DNA of 63,983 nucleotides, counting the filler, from Octopus bimaculoides (Eukaryota), in the NCBI RefSeq assembly GCF_001194135.2. It is 6 parts of 6 records of this genome, joined end to end, with 100 filler letters (N's around TTAATTAATTAA, not from the genome) between each part and the next. Parts side by side here need not be neighbours in the genome. Positions count along the whole stretch, not along the records: positions 16,326 to 41,516 come from NC_068990.1; 5 more parts are not named here. The stretch is one strand, 5' to 3'. Of this stretch, positions 23,452 through 35,260 are shown piece by piece; position 1 is the first letter of the stretch, and the number at the start of each line of letters is the position of its first letter. The notes under the pieces were generated by a model that was not told where the DNA came from, did no database searches, and was given only the letters and a program-made list of their open reading frames with translations. A program made the translations under genes and the position numbers.

Positions 23452-24480
23452 ATATATATATATATATATGTATGTAATCCTTGTTTTAATGAAAACTTTC
23501 CTAGGCTTGCATGGGCTGGACAGAGTTTATTGAGGGAGATTTTTTATGGCTGGATGCCCTTCCTGTCACAAACCATCACCTGTTTCCAAGAAAAGTAGTT
23601 AATATTTCTTTGTGGCTAGGCGATGAGCTAGCAGAATCGTTAGCACAGCAGGCAAAATGCTTAGTAGTATTTTGTCCGTCCCTATGTTTTGAGTTCAAAT
23701 TCTGCCATGGTCAACTTTGTCTTTTATCCTGTCAGGGTCAATAAAATAAGTACTAGTTGTATGCTAGGGTCAATATAATTGACTTACACCTCGCTCGAAA
23801 TTTCTGACGTGCCAAAATTAGAAACCTTTATTATATGAATAGTCTCTGAGTTTACAAGAGGTTAAAATAGTTTCATTGGCTGATCCACAATATTATTAGC
23901 TTCAGCTGGAGTACTGTGCTCAATGATGTACTTTATTATATCAACTTCAGTATTTGACTGTCTGTCCATCTATCCAGGACCCTTGTATCTCAGTCTACAT
24001 TTGCTCTACATAGACATTTTTAACCATTTTGGAATCAGGATGATCCTGGGATTGAAAATCTGACCTTCATTTGGTTCTTGAACATCCAGCAAGAGGATCA
24101 AGTCTGGATAAAGATTTGTTACATGCTAACAGTTGAAAATTCAAATTTTAAAAGAACTCCAAAAATGTGTGACCTTACAAACTTTTCATTTAAACTGAAT
24201 TTAAAGTAATACCAAATCTTTGTGAATTAAAAAAATATTTTCAATTCAGTTCATTTAAAGCAAAATCCAAGTTAGAGTGAGAGGTTTCATGTATGTGAGG
24301 GTTCATGTTTGTGAGGTTTCAAAGTCCCACTGAATTTGTGAATCAAAGCATTTGGAAGGAAATAATGAAGAACTCAAACTTTCGGCCCAAATCAAACTTT
24401 CAGCACAAATTTGACTTCTGCACAAATCAGATTTTTGGCTGGCTCAGACTTTCAGCAGAGTGAGTTTATTCAGAGATTTG

Positions 24481-25195
24481 GATGCTGGAAGATTTGCAGC
24501 TTAGCCACTGGATCTGGGAAATGGAAGCATTCAGCAAGACAGTAATGGAGACATTACTTTTCCAAATGGCTGTGGCATTTTGGTCAAAACTGTAGAAGAG
24601 TTAATTATCAAGGTTTACCCAAACATTGAACATAATTTTCAAGATCATGATTGGTTTTGTGAAAGAGCCATACTTGTACCAAAGAATGAGACTGTCCAGG
24701 TTGTCAATTGGAAACTTATGCAATCAATCAATACTGAGAAAAAAAATTATTTCTCAGTTGATACGGTTGTGGACCTCAATGAGGTTGTGAATTACCCTAC
24801 TGAGTTTCTTAACTCTTTGGATCCTCGTGAAATGCTTTCTCCCAAACTGACATTGAAGAAAGGAGTTCCAATAATGCTTTTGAGAAATCTGAATCCTCCA
24901 AAGCTGTGTAATGGAACAACACTGATTATCAGGCAAATGCATCCACATCTTTTGGAAACAACAATCCTCACTGGACAAGGAAAGGGAGAAAATGTGTTTA
25001 TTCCAAGAATTCCACTAATTCCTGCAGACATGCCCTCTGAATTCAAGGAACTTCAATTTCCAGGAAGAGTTAATTTTGCAATGTCAATTAACAAGTGTCA
25101 AGAATAATCACTGGAAATTGTTGGACTTCACCTCATGCAGCAGTGCTTCTCCTATGGTCAGCAGAATGTCCTTGTACCCAACAGTGGCTCTCATG
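24481..25195 (+). pseudogene. Helitron Rep/helicase C-terminal PIF1-like helicase fragment
   Basis: ERAILVPKNE, YPTEFLNSL, KGVPIMLLRNLNPPKLCNGT, FIPRIPLIP, QFP..FAMSINKCQE*SLEIVG..CFSYGQ; in-frame stops at the 5' end and at the G-Q-S-L position. Confidence 0.9.
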
Positions 25196-25299
25196 GCTTT
25201 TGATCTTAACTGATGGGAAGTGTTATTATGTACATTGTTTTGTCTTGGTATATAAGATGGGCAACATGCAAATATTCTGTTCCATACTACAGATTTGCT

Positions 25300-25715
25300 T
25301 GTCAGCTGCTTGACCTTAACCTGTTGAGCATGTTCCTTAGGGGCTGATGCTATGTGCATCTCTTATCATGAGCAGAAGTAGTGGGGGAGCATCATAGCCA
25401 TGAGTTGAGAAGAATTCTTTGGGATTTGAATAATTCACCTCTGGAAATATGGGTGTTTTGTTCATCATCCTTAAACAAACCTTATTCAGGGACCTTTTGA
25501 GCAGAATGGGCTACTCAGCCCTAAGAAAATTCCAACTGGGCCCTACCTGCAAGGTCATGCACTGTTTATCTTGATATGAGATCGCTATGTCACTCACATA
25601 TGGTTGTGATGCATGTGCCAGGTGTACCCTTATCAGACAGGTAGTCATGATGGGTATATTGGGCTTCATATATTTTATTCCACTGTCACTTTGATGGTGG
25701 CTCTCTCACTCACTC

Positions 25716-25757
<42 letters not shown>
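25300..25757 (+). mobile_element. Interspersed SINE-like element ending in an (AAT)n tail
   Basis: Non-coding, GC-richer block terminating in CTCTCTCACTCACTC(AAT)n; family assignment is by appearance only. Confidence 0.5.
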
Positions 25758-25891
25758 TATGACAAACTGGACCTAGTGGTAGTGTTATATAGTTGATGCT
25801 GCATGCCTCTTTGGCATATGAATAGTCAAAGAAGGCATACAATCCTCTTAAATACAAAATGGCCTCAGCTATGGAAAATGAAGAAGGTGAA

Positions 25892-26229
25892 GGTTTTGAA
25901 TTGCATCTAGCCACCTTAATTATTCTATAATTTTTACATTACCATTTTGCGGAATTATATTGACGAGGTAAATTTAGTTTCACCACCCACAATGGTGTAA
26001 GCATTACTGATGAGCATTAATTTCCATGTGAAATTGGCATGCCAATCTAAAGCCACTCACTTGTGGTGGGGAAGTTATCTCCCTTGTCAGTAAATAGAAC
26101 ATGTATTTCTGTGACTAAAGAGTTTTATTTCTAGCAATGCTGGTGCTCCCTGCACCTGTAATCACTTTTTAGTGACAGTGAATTATTTCTCTTTTTGGTT
26201 TTGAATTGCATCTAGCTACCTTAATTATT
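25892..26229 (+). mobile_element. Retrozyme-like unit: 305-bp period bounded by 33-bp direct repeats, containing a hammerhead ribozyme
   Basis: GGTTTTGAATTGCATCTAGC(C/T)ACCTTAATTATT at 25892-25924 and 26197-26229; HHR at 26001-26053. Confidence 0.6.
26001..26053 (+). ncRNA. Type I hammerhead ribozyme
   Basis: GCATTA-CTGATGA-GCAT-TAATTTCC-ATGT-GAAA-TTGGCATGCCAA-TC-TAAAGC: intact core, 4-bp stem II, perfect 14-nt palindrome ATTGGCATGCCAAT as stem III, AUC triplet (cleavage after 26047), stem I 5/6 paired and extendable (CCACAA/TTGTGG). Confidence 0.85.
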
Positions 26230-26568
26230 TTATATAATAATAATAACAGTAATAATAATAATAATAATCCTTGGATGGAAATTATAAATATTTAATGCAT
26301 TGGTACACACGTTTCCACAAAACACATATCTCTTAAGATCACAGTCCATATTCCAAGGATGATTACAGTGCAGTTCATAATATCTGTGGGCATCAGGTTG
26401 ATCATCTTCGTGGATTCATTTCTTCAGATGATATATGATTAATAGATGTACAACCTTAATGGATGTACAACTGGTTCACCAGTCAGCATCATTAGACTGT
26501 GACCAGCATAATAGAATAGAAGCTTTATTTGCATATTCAAAACATGTCCCATAGACAAATTTAAAAGA

Positions 26569-26615
<47 letters not shown>

Positions 26616-26997
26616 NNNNNNNNNNNNNNNNNNNNNNNNNNNNNNNNNNNNNNNNNNNNNNNNNNNNNNNNNNNNNNNNNNNNNNNNNNNNNNNNNNNNN
26701 NNNNNNNNNNNNNNNNNNNNNNNNNNNNNNNNNNNNNNNNNNNNNNNNNNNNNNNNNNNNNNNNNNNNNNNNNNNNNNNNNNNNNNNNNNNNNNNNNNNN
26801 NNNNNNNNNNNNNNNNNNNNNNNNNNNNNNNNNNNNNNNNNNNNNNNNNNNNNNNNNNNNNNNNNNNNNNNNNNNNNNNNNNNNNNNNNNNNNNNNNNNN
26901 NNNNNNNNNNNNNNNNNNNNNNNNNNNNNNNNNNNNNNNNNNNNNNNNNNNNNNNNNNNNNNNNNNNNNNNNNNNNNNNNNNNNNNNNNNNNNNNNN

Positions 26998-27063
<66 letters not shown>

Positions 27064-28485
27064 ACACACACACACATTTTGATCATTTCAAAGTCTTACT
27101 GAGTAGAATATACTTTTCTGGGGAGATGTAACAGCACTGAAACTGCTGCCCATTGTTTTCGTCAAATGCCTTTAAAAACAAGATCCACAACTATCAGCCA
27201 CTGATTTCATTTTTGAAAAACTTCATTGAAGTTAATCACTTTGTCTGTTGTTTTTTCTAGATTTCAAGCACCCCTAAAGCAGGGAGGATCCTTCTACTAA
27301 TTGCATGGATGATCTCAGTGAATCAAGTTTTTCAACTCACTATATTACACAAGCCTTCATATATAGTCCATAACCATAACCCAGGGCCCAAATCCAATAT
27401 GGTAGATTGTACTCTGCATAAATACCAGAGTGGGTTGTCATTATTTTCTTCAGGACTTGATCTCAGCATTGCAAGGTAATTAAAATAATATATGTTAATT
27501 ATGAAACATTCCCTTCTTTGTTACAATGAACTATATTTCTGTAGGGAGCATATTTGCAGCCAAATAGAGTGGGTTGGGAAGAGTTGGGGTTAGGGTTAGG
27601 GTTATGATTTGGTCTTGAGTAGGGTGTAGAGCCATTGACACAAGGAGACAAACGATCAACCTTTTAACCTGTAGACTGACACTTTATTATTGATTTAGTC
27701 AACTAATGACTGATTGATTGATTGATTGACTGATTGATTGATTGATTGATTGATTGACTGATGAGGAGGAGGAGAAGGAAGAAAAGAATACTGGTGATTA
27801 TGATGATGATGATGATGACGATGACGACGACAACGATGACAACAACTACGATGATGATGATGACAATGAGGGGTGATGAGGTGAGAGAGGAGAAGAATAC
27901 TGATGGTGATGATGATGGTGATGAGAAGGAGGAGGAAGAAATGGAGGATGATGATGAAGGGTGGTTATATGATGAAAACAATAAGAAATACATCCATATT
28001 ATACCAATCTGCTATCAGAAAGATGTAATAAAAACTACAAAAAAAATGCTAAAAAAGTAAAAGAACCAGAACAAAAAAAAATAGAAAAAAGAGAAGAACC
28101 ACTTAAGCTCTATTATAGGAATGAACAAAAAAACATATATATACAAAAGTCATTAAAAAAAACATCAAAAACAAAAGAAATATGTTTAATCTTATCAAAA
28201 AGTAGCAGCTGGTTGTCTGAGAAATTGCTTTTCAAATCTAAACCAAAGAATATAATAATGAATGCTAACAGAAGAGTTCTGCCATTTGTTATTACTTTAG
28301 TTATCGAAGCATTAAAGAATATATCTGGCTTTAGCTAAAAAAACAAAAAAGTGAGAGAGAAAATTTATTCCACAAGAGACCTAGGTGTCGGCTTTTAAAT
28401 TGAGTTGCAGTAATTTTGAAACAGTTCAGTATAGGTTATATATGGAAATATACATAATGAGGGAGAGAGAGAAAGAAAGAGAGTT

Positions 28486-28517
<32 letters not shown>

Positions 28518-29540
28518 GTGTAGGATACAGGTGTTAAGTTTGACTGCAGAAAAGTATTATCACTCAAGGTATATTTATTTGAACATAAAGAAGAAAAAAA
28601 CTTGAGGTTTATATGAACATTACAGTTGCATCATATAATGTTCATATTGATCGAATTCTGAGGGTGTTGACACAAATATATGAGGTAGGTGGGTGTGTAG
28701 AAGACAGAGAAAGAGAGAGAGAGGAGTAAAGTGAGAGAAGAAAGAGAAAGTGAACAAGAAGAGAAAGTGAGAAAAAAAAAAAGATTTAGAGGAAGAAAAT
28801 GTAACCAATGTCAATTTGATCTGATAAGGCTTTCAGTAATCAGTCAAGGGTTCTTTAGCACTTCTTCCACCCCTCAAGAGAAATGGAAAATATTTATCTC
28901 CTCTCCTCTCCCCTCCAACTAACCTGCCTGCCCATTATTATCATCATCATCATCATCGTTGTCATCTTCCATTAGAGGACAATTGGTGAAACAGATGAAG
29001 ATGGCGATGCAGTTAGTGAAGTGTGCAATTGATTATAAGTGGAAGATGCAACTTTATAAACACAACAGCTAAAGGCTCGTTCAAGTGTAACAGTTAAGAT
29101 GACTGGAAATTAATGAATCTAACAAGGAGATAAGAAACAGAGGGAAAAGAGAGAGAGAGAGAGGTTTTAAAAGATGAATTTGTATAAGAAATACTAGGTT
29201 TTAATCAACTAAGCATCTTGGTAAATGATAAAAATAGATACATTTGTTAAACTAATGTGTATAATATAACGACAGTTCTACAGGAAATGTCGTCTAAATA
29301 GATAATGGATTTTTTCCAACTATTTTTATTCCTTGAATTGTTTCTGTCATTTGACTACAGCCATTCTGGAGCATCACTTTGAAGAGTTTCATTAATCAAA
29401 TCAAACTGACCCTACAACATCTTTCTTTTTTTTTTCAATGTGGTATTTATTTTATCTGTGTCTTTTTGCTGAACTTCCAAGTCTCAAGGACATAAACAAA
29501 CTAACCAGCCCCTGGTGGTTAAGCAGTGAGACACAGACAG

Positions 29541-29572
<32 letters not shown>

Positions 29573-29719
29573 TTATGATGGGGATTTCGCACAGTTTCCA
29601 ATTATTAAGCTCCAGTAGAATATACTTGACTTATCCACTAGGATAAAACCTTGAACCACATGACTGGAAAACAAATTACTTAACCATAGATCGATGCCTG
29701 CAATCAGGATATTTCTTAA

Positions 29720-30414
29720 CTACATGGCATGCAAAGGTTACAAATCACTATAGGCAGAGTGCCACATCACACTTTCCCTACATGAACTGGGTCTGGTGGC
29801 ACTTCTTGTCTTGGTTTGAACATACAGCACAATCTGGGCGATTTCAGGCACCTGGAGTTGATTATAAGGTGGTTTTCTATTAATACCAACTTTTCTAGTG
29901 TATGTAGAAGGATCTTTTGTCCTTCTACCTCTCCTATGAGACACACCTGACAGGTAGCCTTCCAGTGGAGAATGCACAATTCTCAGCCTGAACTTTTCAG
30001 CATTGACCCAACAGGCTGACTAGGCTTTCAAATAACCATGGCTTACAGAAACATATTTCAAAAAGATAAAAGAAAACTTTTTCTACCATGTGGTACATCT
30101 GTGGCCATGCAGGAGCACCACCTTGAAGAATTCTCAATTGAATGAATTTGACCCCAGTACTTAATTTTTTTTTTTGTTGATAAACCTGGTACTTATTCTA
30201 TCGGTCGCTTTTGCCAAACCACTAAGTTATGAGGATGTAAATACACCAACATTGATTGTCAAGCAGTGGGGGGGGGACAAACACAAACACAAAGACACAT
30301 GCATAGACACNNNNNNNNNNTGCCAAACCACTAAGTTATGAGGATGTAAATACACCAACATTGATTGTCAAGCAGTGGGGGGGGGACAAACACAAACACA
30401 AAGACACATGCATA

Positions 30415-30452
<38 letters not shown>

Positions 30453-31900
30453 TATATACAACAGGCTTCTTCCAGTTTCCATCTATCAAATCCACTCACA
30501 AGGCTTTGCAGCACCAGGTAGTATATTATCTGTTTGTCTGCTCTACCTGCCTCCACTCTGCTCACCCCATGTGCAGTGAGTAGAATTGCCCAGCATACGG
30601 TTCGTACACAATCCTGGTATGATCTTCATGATGTTTCAATTGAACTTCTTTTCTGAAGGTCTCAGCAGAGTGGATAGTTGTTCGAAGATTTGCTGGCTTT
30701 TTGTCAAACTAGGAAATGTGCAAAATGTATCCATCTCTGAGTGTGATGGGGGTGGGGTGCTTCTTTACTTGGGTCTTGCTGCTTTGATTTCATTTGGCAC
30801 ACCTTGCTTGTTTGCATGTAGTGTGCACATGCTTCTGTCCATGTTGGGCCAGGTCATGAAATAATGCAGGTGATGAGAAAAAATTGTCCGTATAAATAAT
30901 ATGTTCCTTATTCTGGACGTTCTCCGAGAGAGGGGAAACCACTTTGTGTGCAATACCAACTACCCATCGGTGCCTAGGCTGTTTCTCAACCCAAGCATAT
31001 CTGCCAATTGTAGATGCAGCCAGTTTTCCTGTCAGCTAGCCCCTAGGCTTTCAAGCCCCACTTGGTTGGTTTTGCTTGGTATGTAGTTCAGTAGGCCTGT
31101 TTTTCCTTTGAAAAGAATCATACTTTTATCCACTTTAAGTTCCTTTCTAGGATAAAAGAATCTCTGCCAAAGTGGCACAAGTTTTTCAAAAAGTGACCAG
31201 ATCTTATGTGCTCAATAATGCTCAGGATGATTTCTCAGTTTTGCTTTCAAGTTGTTTGAAAGATGAGTAAAGGACAGGTTTCTAAGAAACCTGTCTTTTG
31301 CTCTGATGTCTGAAGCCTGACATCTCAATAAAATCAGTGAACCAGTACAAATTAAATGATGAGAGTTTAATAAGTCCAATCAGAAACAAAATTATTACAA
31401 ATACTTTCATTTCATCAAAAGCGACATGCTTCTACATGTTGATGTATGAGTGGGAACCAGCATTTGCCCCTCTCTTTTTGCCTTTGTTTGACTAACATTT
31501 ATATTTGTCTCATTGACAAAGTTCTTGTTTTATTATTCATGAAGAAACAAAAGAGCTGCCCCTCAGAAATGCCACCAGGTACCTCTTTGGGGCCCAGTAC
31601 TTACCTTAAAATCAATCAGCCATGGATGATAGTATCTACTAAGTACATCATTCTCACTATCACTATCACCACTGTCACCATTCTCACCATTACCTCCAAC
31701 CAATTCACCATCAAAATCTGCCTGAGTAAATTCCTCGAAATCATCTCCAGAGTCTGAATCAAAGAAGATTTCTTCAAGAAAAGCTTTGTCAAATGCAGGA
31801 ACAGCTATTTTTGTCCAAAGAGAATCAAAAAAAAAAAGGCTATGTTCAAGTGAAAAAATTCTGTACCGCATGTCGAAAGAAAAACAATCCAAATGGTGGG
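29720..31900 (-). pseudogene. piggyBac transposase fossil interrupted by a SINE
   Basis: N-terminal EIFFDSDSGDDFEEF...WLIDF..TGP; core KPTKWGLKA*GLADRKTGCIYNWQICLG and IIYTDNFFSSPALFHDL; C-terminal CAVC...HQTQFM*GKCDVALC; many stops and frameshifts. Confidence 0.8.
30085..30510 (-). mobile_element. SINE family A inserted in the piggyBac fossil
   Basis: Tail and body blocks match 12921-13200; contains a gap-edge duplication. Confidence 0.75.
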
Positions 31901-34900
31901 AGAAAACAAAAGTTTAACCTTGTTCAGAATCAAAAGTAGGCTGTTTCCAGTTTAAATTACAGGAAATGAATTTTGTGAAGTGTCTATTTTAAGCACTCCT
32001 CTCAATGCAACACAATTCACCTGCAGCTACAGAGAAGATGATGCACCTACAGCATGCTTAAGGTTAATATCCATTAGTGAGGATAGGCACAAACCCCAAG
32101 CTGAAGATGAGTTTTTTTTTACTGACCTCTCATCTTCTGAAGATCAAATGCTGAAGCTGGTGCCTTACTGTGCCAGCATCTGCAATTCCAGCATCCAATT
32201 CATCTTCCTGCTTCTCACCATTTCTTGACATAAATTTGTTGTTTGTTTTCTGCTAAACAAACTAATCTCAAATATCCACAACACCTGCTGAGTGGAGCTA
32301 GTTTCTAAACATTTGAAGAATTGGCACAAATTTGAGAAATTCAAAAATATTCTGTTGAAATCTTTTAGCCGTCTATTATTAACTATTTATTCTTCATTAC
32401 CCAGTAATGTGTTATTACAGCATGCAACTAGAACTACGGTAGAACTACATGTTGTGACTTTTTGGTCTAGAGTGTGTTTTTGAGCTGGCACTATGAGAGA
32501 AGTGTTCAAATTTCTTATTTCTACCAACTTTTAATGCCAATATGTCAATCCTCATCAATATCATCATCATTGTTGTCTTCATCATCATCATCATCATCAC
32601 CACCATCATTGTCATCATCTTCATCATCATCATCCTCCTCCTCCTCCTCCTCCTCATCATCATCATCATCATCATCATCACTGCCATCACACTCATCACT
32701 CCTGTTGTCAATGTAAGCAAACAATGCTACACATGGTATTAGACCTGCAAGAGATAGCCACCAAATCATGCCCTGCCATCTGAAGAATAATTCTTGGACA
32801 ATACAATCCTAGATAAATAAGATGAGATGGTCATGGACAGAATATCTTTCATCAAAAGTTTATTTTACTTGATCTGGGTCAGCATTGAAATAAACAATAA
32901 CAAGATTTTTATCACCATTGTCATCNNNNNNNNNNNNNNNNNNNNNNNNNNNNNNNNNNNNNNNNNNNNNNNNNNNNNNNNNNNNNNNNNNNNNNNNNNN
33001 NNNNNNNNNNNNNNNNNNNNNNNNNNNNNNNNNNNNNNNNNNNNNNNNNNNNNNNNNNNNNNNNNNNNNNNNNNNNNNNNNNNNNNNNNNNNNNNNNNNN
33101 NNNNNNNNNNNNNNNNNNNNNNNNNNNNNNNNNNNNNNNNNNNNNNNNNNNNNNNNNNNNNNNNNNNNNNNNNNNNNNNNNNNNNNNNNNNNNNNNNNNN
33201 NNNNNNNNNNNNNNNNNNNNNNNNNNNNNNNNNNNNNNNNNNNNNNNNNNNNNNNNNNNNNNNNNNNNNNNNNNNNNNNNNNNNNNNNNNNNNNNNNNNN
33301 NNNNNNNNNNNNNNNNNNNNNNNNNNNNNNNNNNNNNNNNNNNNNNNNNNNNNNNNNNNNNNNNNNNNNNNNNNNNNNNNNNNNNNNNNNNNNNNNNNNN
33401 NNNNNNNNNNNNNNNNNNNNNNNNNNNNNNNNNNNNNNNNNNNNNNNNNNNNNNNNNNNNNNNNNNNNNNNNNNNNNNNNNNNNNNNNNNNNNNNNNNNN
33501 NNNNNNNNNNNNNNNNNNNNNNNNNNNNNNNNNNNNNNNNNNNNNNNNNNNNNNNNNNNNNNNNNNNNNNNNNNNNNNNNNNNNNNNNNNNNNNNNNNNN
33601 NNNNNNNNNNNNNNNNNNNNNNGTGTGTGTGTGTGTGAAGAGGGCATCTGTTCCAAAACTCCAAAGTTGAATAATGTTTTCATGCTTGGATTTGTAAACT
33701 ACGATAAGAATAACGCTGGTCAACAAAGAACTTGTCTCAAGGAAGAGAATACCTTTATTTTATACATTTTTGCAAGCAGAATTCAAAAATAATGTCAAAT
33801 TATCTGTATCACACACAGTTTCTCTGTTCCACAATATCCCTCCCAGTTCCTGTAATGTGAGCTAAATTTCAGTTAAGCTGTTGAAATGTGGAGCTAACGG
33901 TTTAAGAAATACTCCTAATTTAAATTTTCTTGAATAGAATTTACCTTGTGAAATCATAAATTTAGCTATCTGAGTCAATGAGTCTCAAAAATATATGAAA
34001 TGAAAAATATGTAAAAATACAAACGCACAGAAAAAGCACAGAAAAATATGTAATATACTAACACACAGAAAAATCAAAACAAAACACATGAGTGAAAAGA
34101 ATCTCATGGTGTGAAGAATCAAGTGTGAAAAATCAACATAGATAACAGCAACACAGACAACTGTGAATCACAACACAGCATGTAGTTGTCATGTTAACAA
34201 GCTGCTAATGCAACACTGTCTGTTGATTGGCTAAAATTACCCCAAATTTCCCAACTTTAATTCCAAATAACACCAGATCCCTTAATTTATGAGATAAAGT
34301 AATTGGTTGATCATAATCAAAATTCTGGGTTGCATCAATTCACCAAAATTGAAAGCAATCTGAGCAAAATTAAGTGGGGCTCATTTTGCGAAGGAGAAAG
34401 ACTAAATCTGCCAAATCTTGCCCTACCAAAAGTAAGGACACATTGACTGATGAGATGATCATGGCTAGAATGCTTTTTATCATAAATATGCTCAACTGGG
34501 AATGACTTGGAGATAACAATATTATCCTCAGCATCATCACAACATCAGCATGAGCATCCTCATCATCCTCATCACCACCACCAACACCACTTTGCAATGA
34601 ACAGCTTATTTTTCTATTCTCCATTCTGACTTGGATTTAAAACACACCAGTTACCTATATCATATGTTTTTATATATGAAAGGTCCAACATTTTCAATCA
34701 AGTACGATACAATACTTTTCTTCTACAAATCCTTCTTGATCACAATTTGCATATGTTAATATATGATAGGCATCACCTAAATACAAGATGGTAGTCCCTT
34801 TATAAGAAGAGATTGACTGTTTTTGAAATCAGGGAGTTGATTTAATTAACTTACACACTTCCCGCCTAATTAAGTGGTTTTGTGATTAGGTTTGAAATCA

Positions 34901-34905
34901 ATATT

Positions 34906-35260
34906 AAACAAGAGCACTCAAAGAGAGCAAACCTCTGCCAAGGCAACACCAATGTCCTCTCAACGATTAGCCAGAGATGATTTTTAAAATGAGAATATCT
35001 GAAATAAACTCGACTGCTCTCACAAACAAGAATACTAAAAATGAACCTGACTGCTCTCAAAAATTAAGTAAAAAAAACAGGAAAAATAATCCAGAATCCT
35101 TGTCCAGAAATAGATCGATTCTAATCAGTCCATACCAGTCACGAGACCAAGCATCCCTGAAAGTTTCATTTGAATCCATCCAGTGGTTCTTGAGATACGG
35201 ACAAACAAACAAACATGACTGAAAACAATACCTCTGCCTTAGTGAAGGCAGAGGTAAAAA
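34906..35260 (+). mobile_element. Non-autonomous Helentron-like element (HINE/DINE-1 architecture)
   Basis: 5' subterminal ACCTCTGCC (~34930), internal (ACAA)n, 3' terminal 12-bp hairpin TACCTCTGCCTT-AGTG-AAGGCAGAGGTA (35229-35256), A/T-run flanks. Confidence 0.6.

Noticed and set aside
30220-30410. ~90-bp direct repeat across a 10-N gap (also 62634-62830)
   Set aside because: Exact duplication on both sides of a nominal gap indicates unmerged contig overlap.
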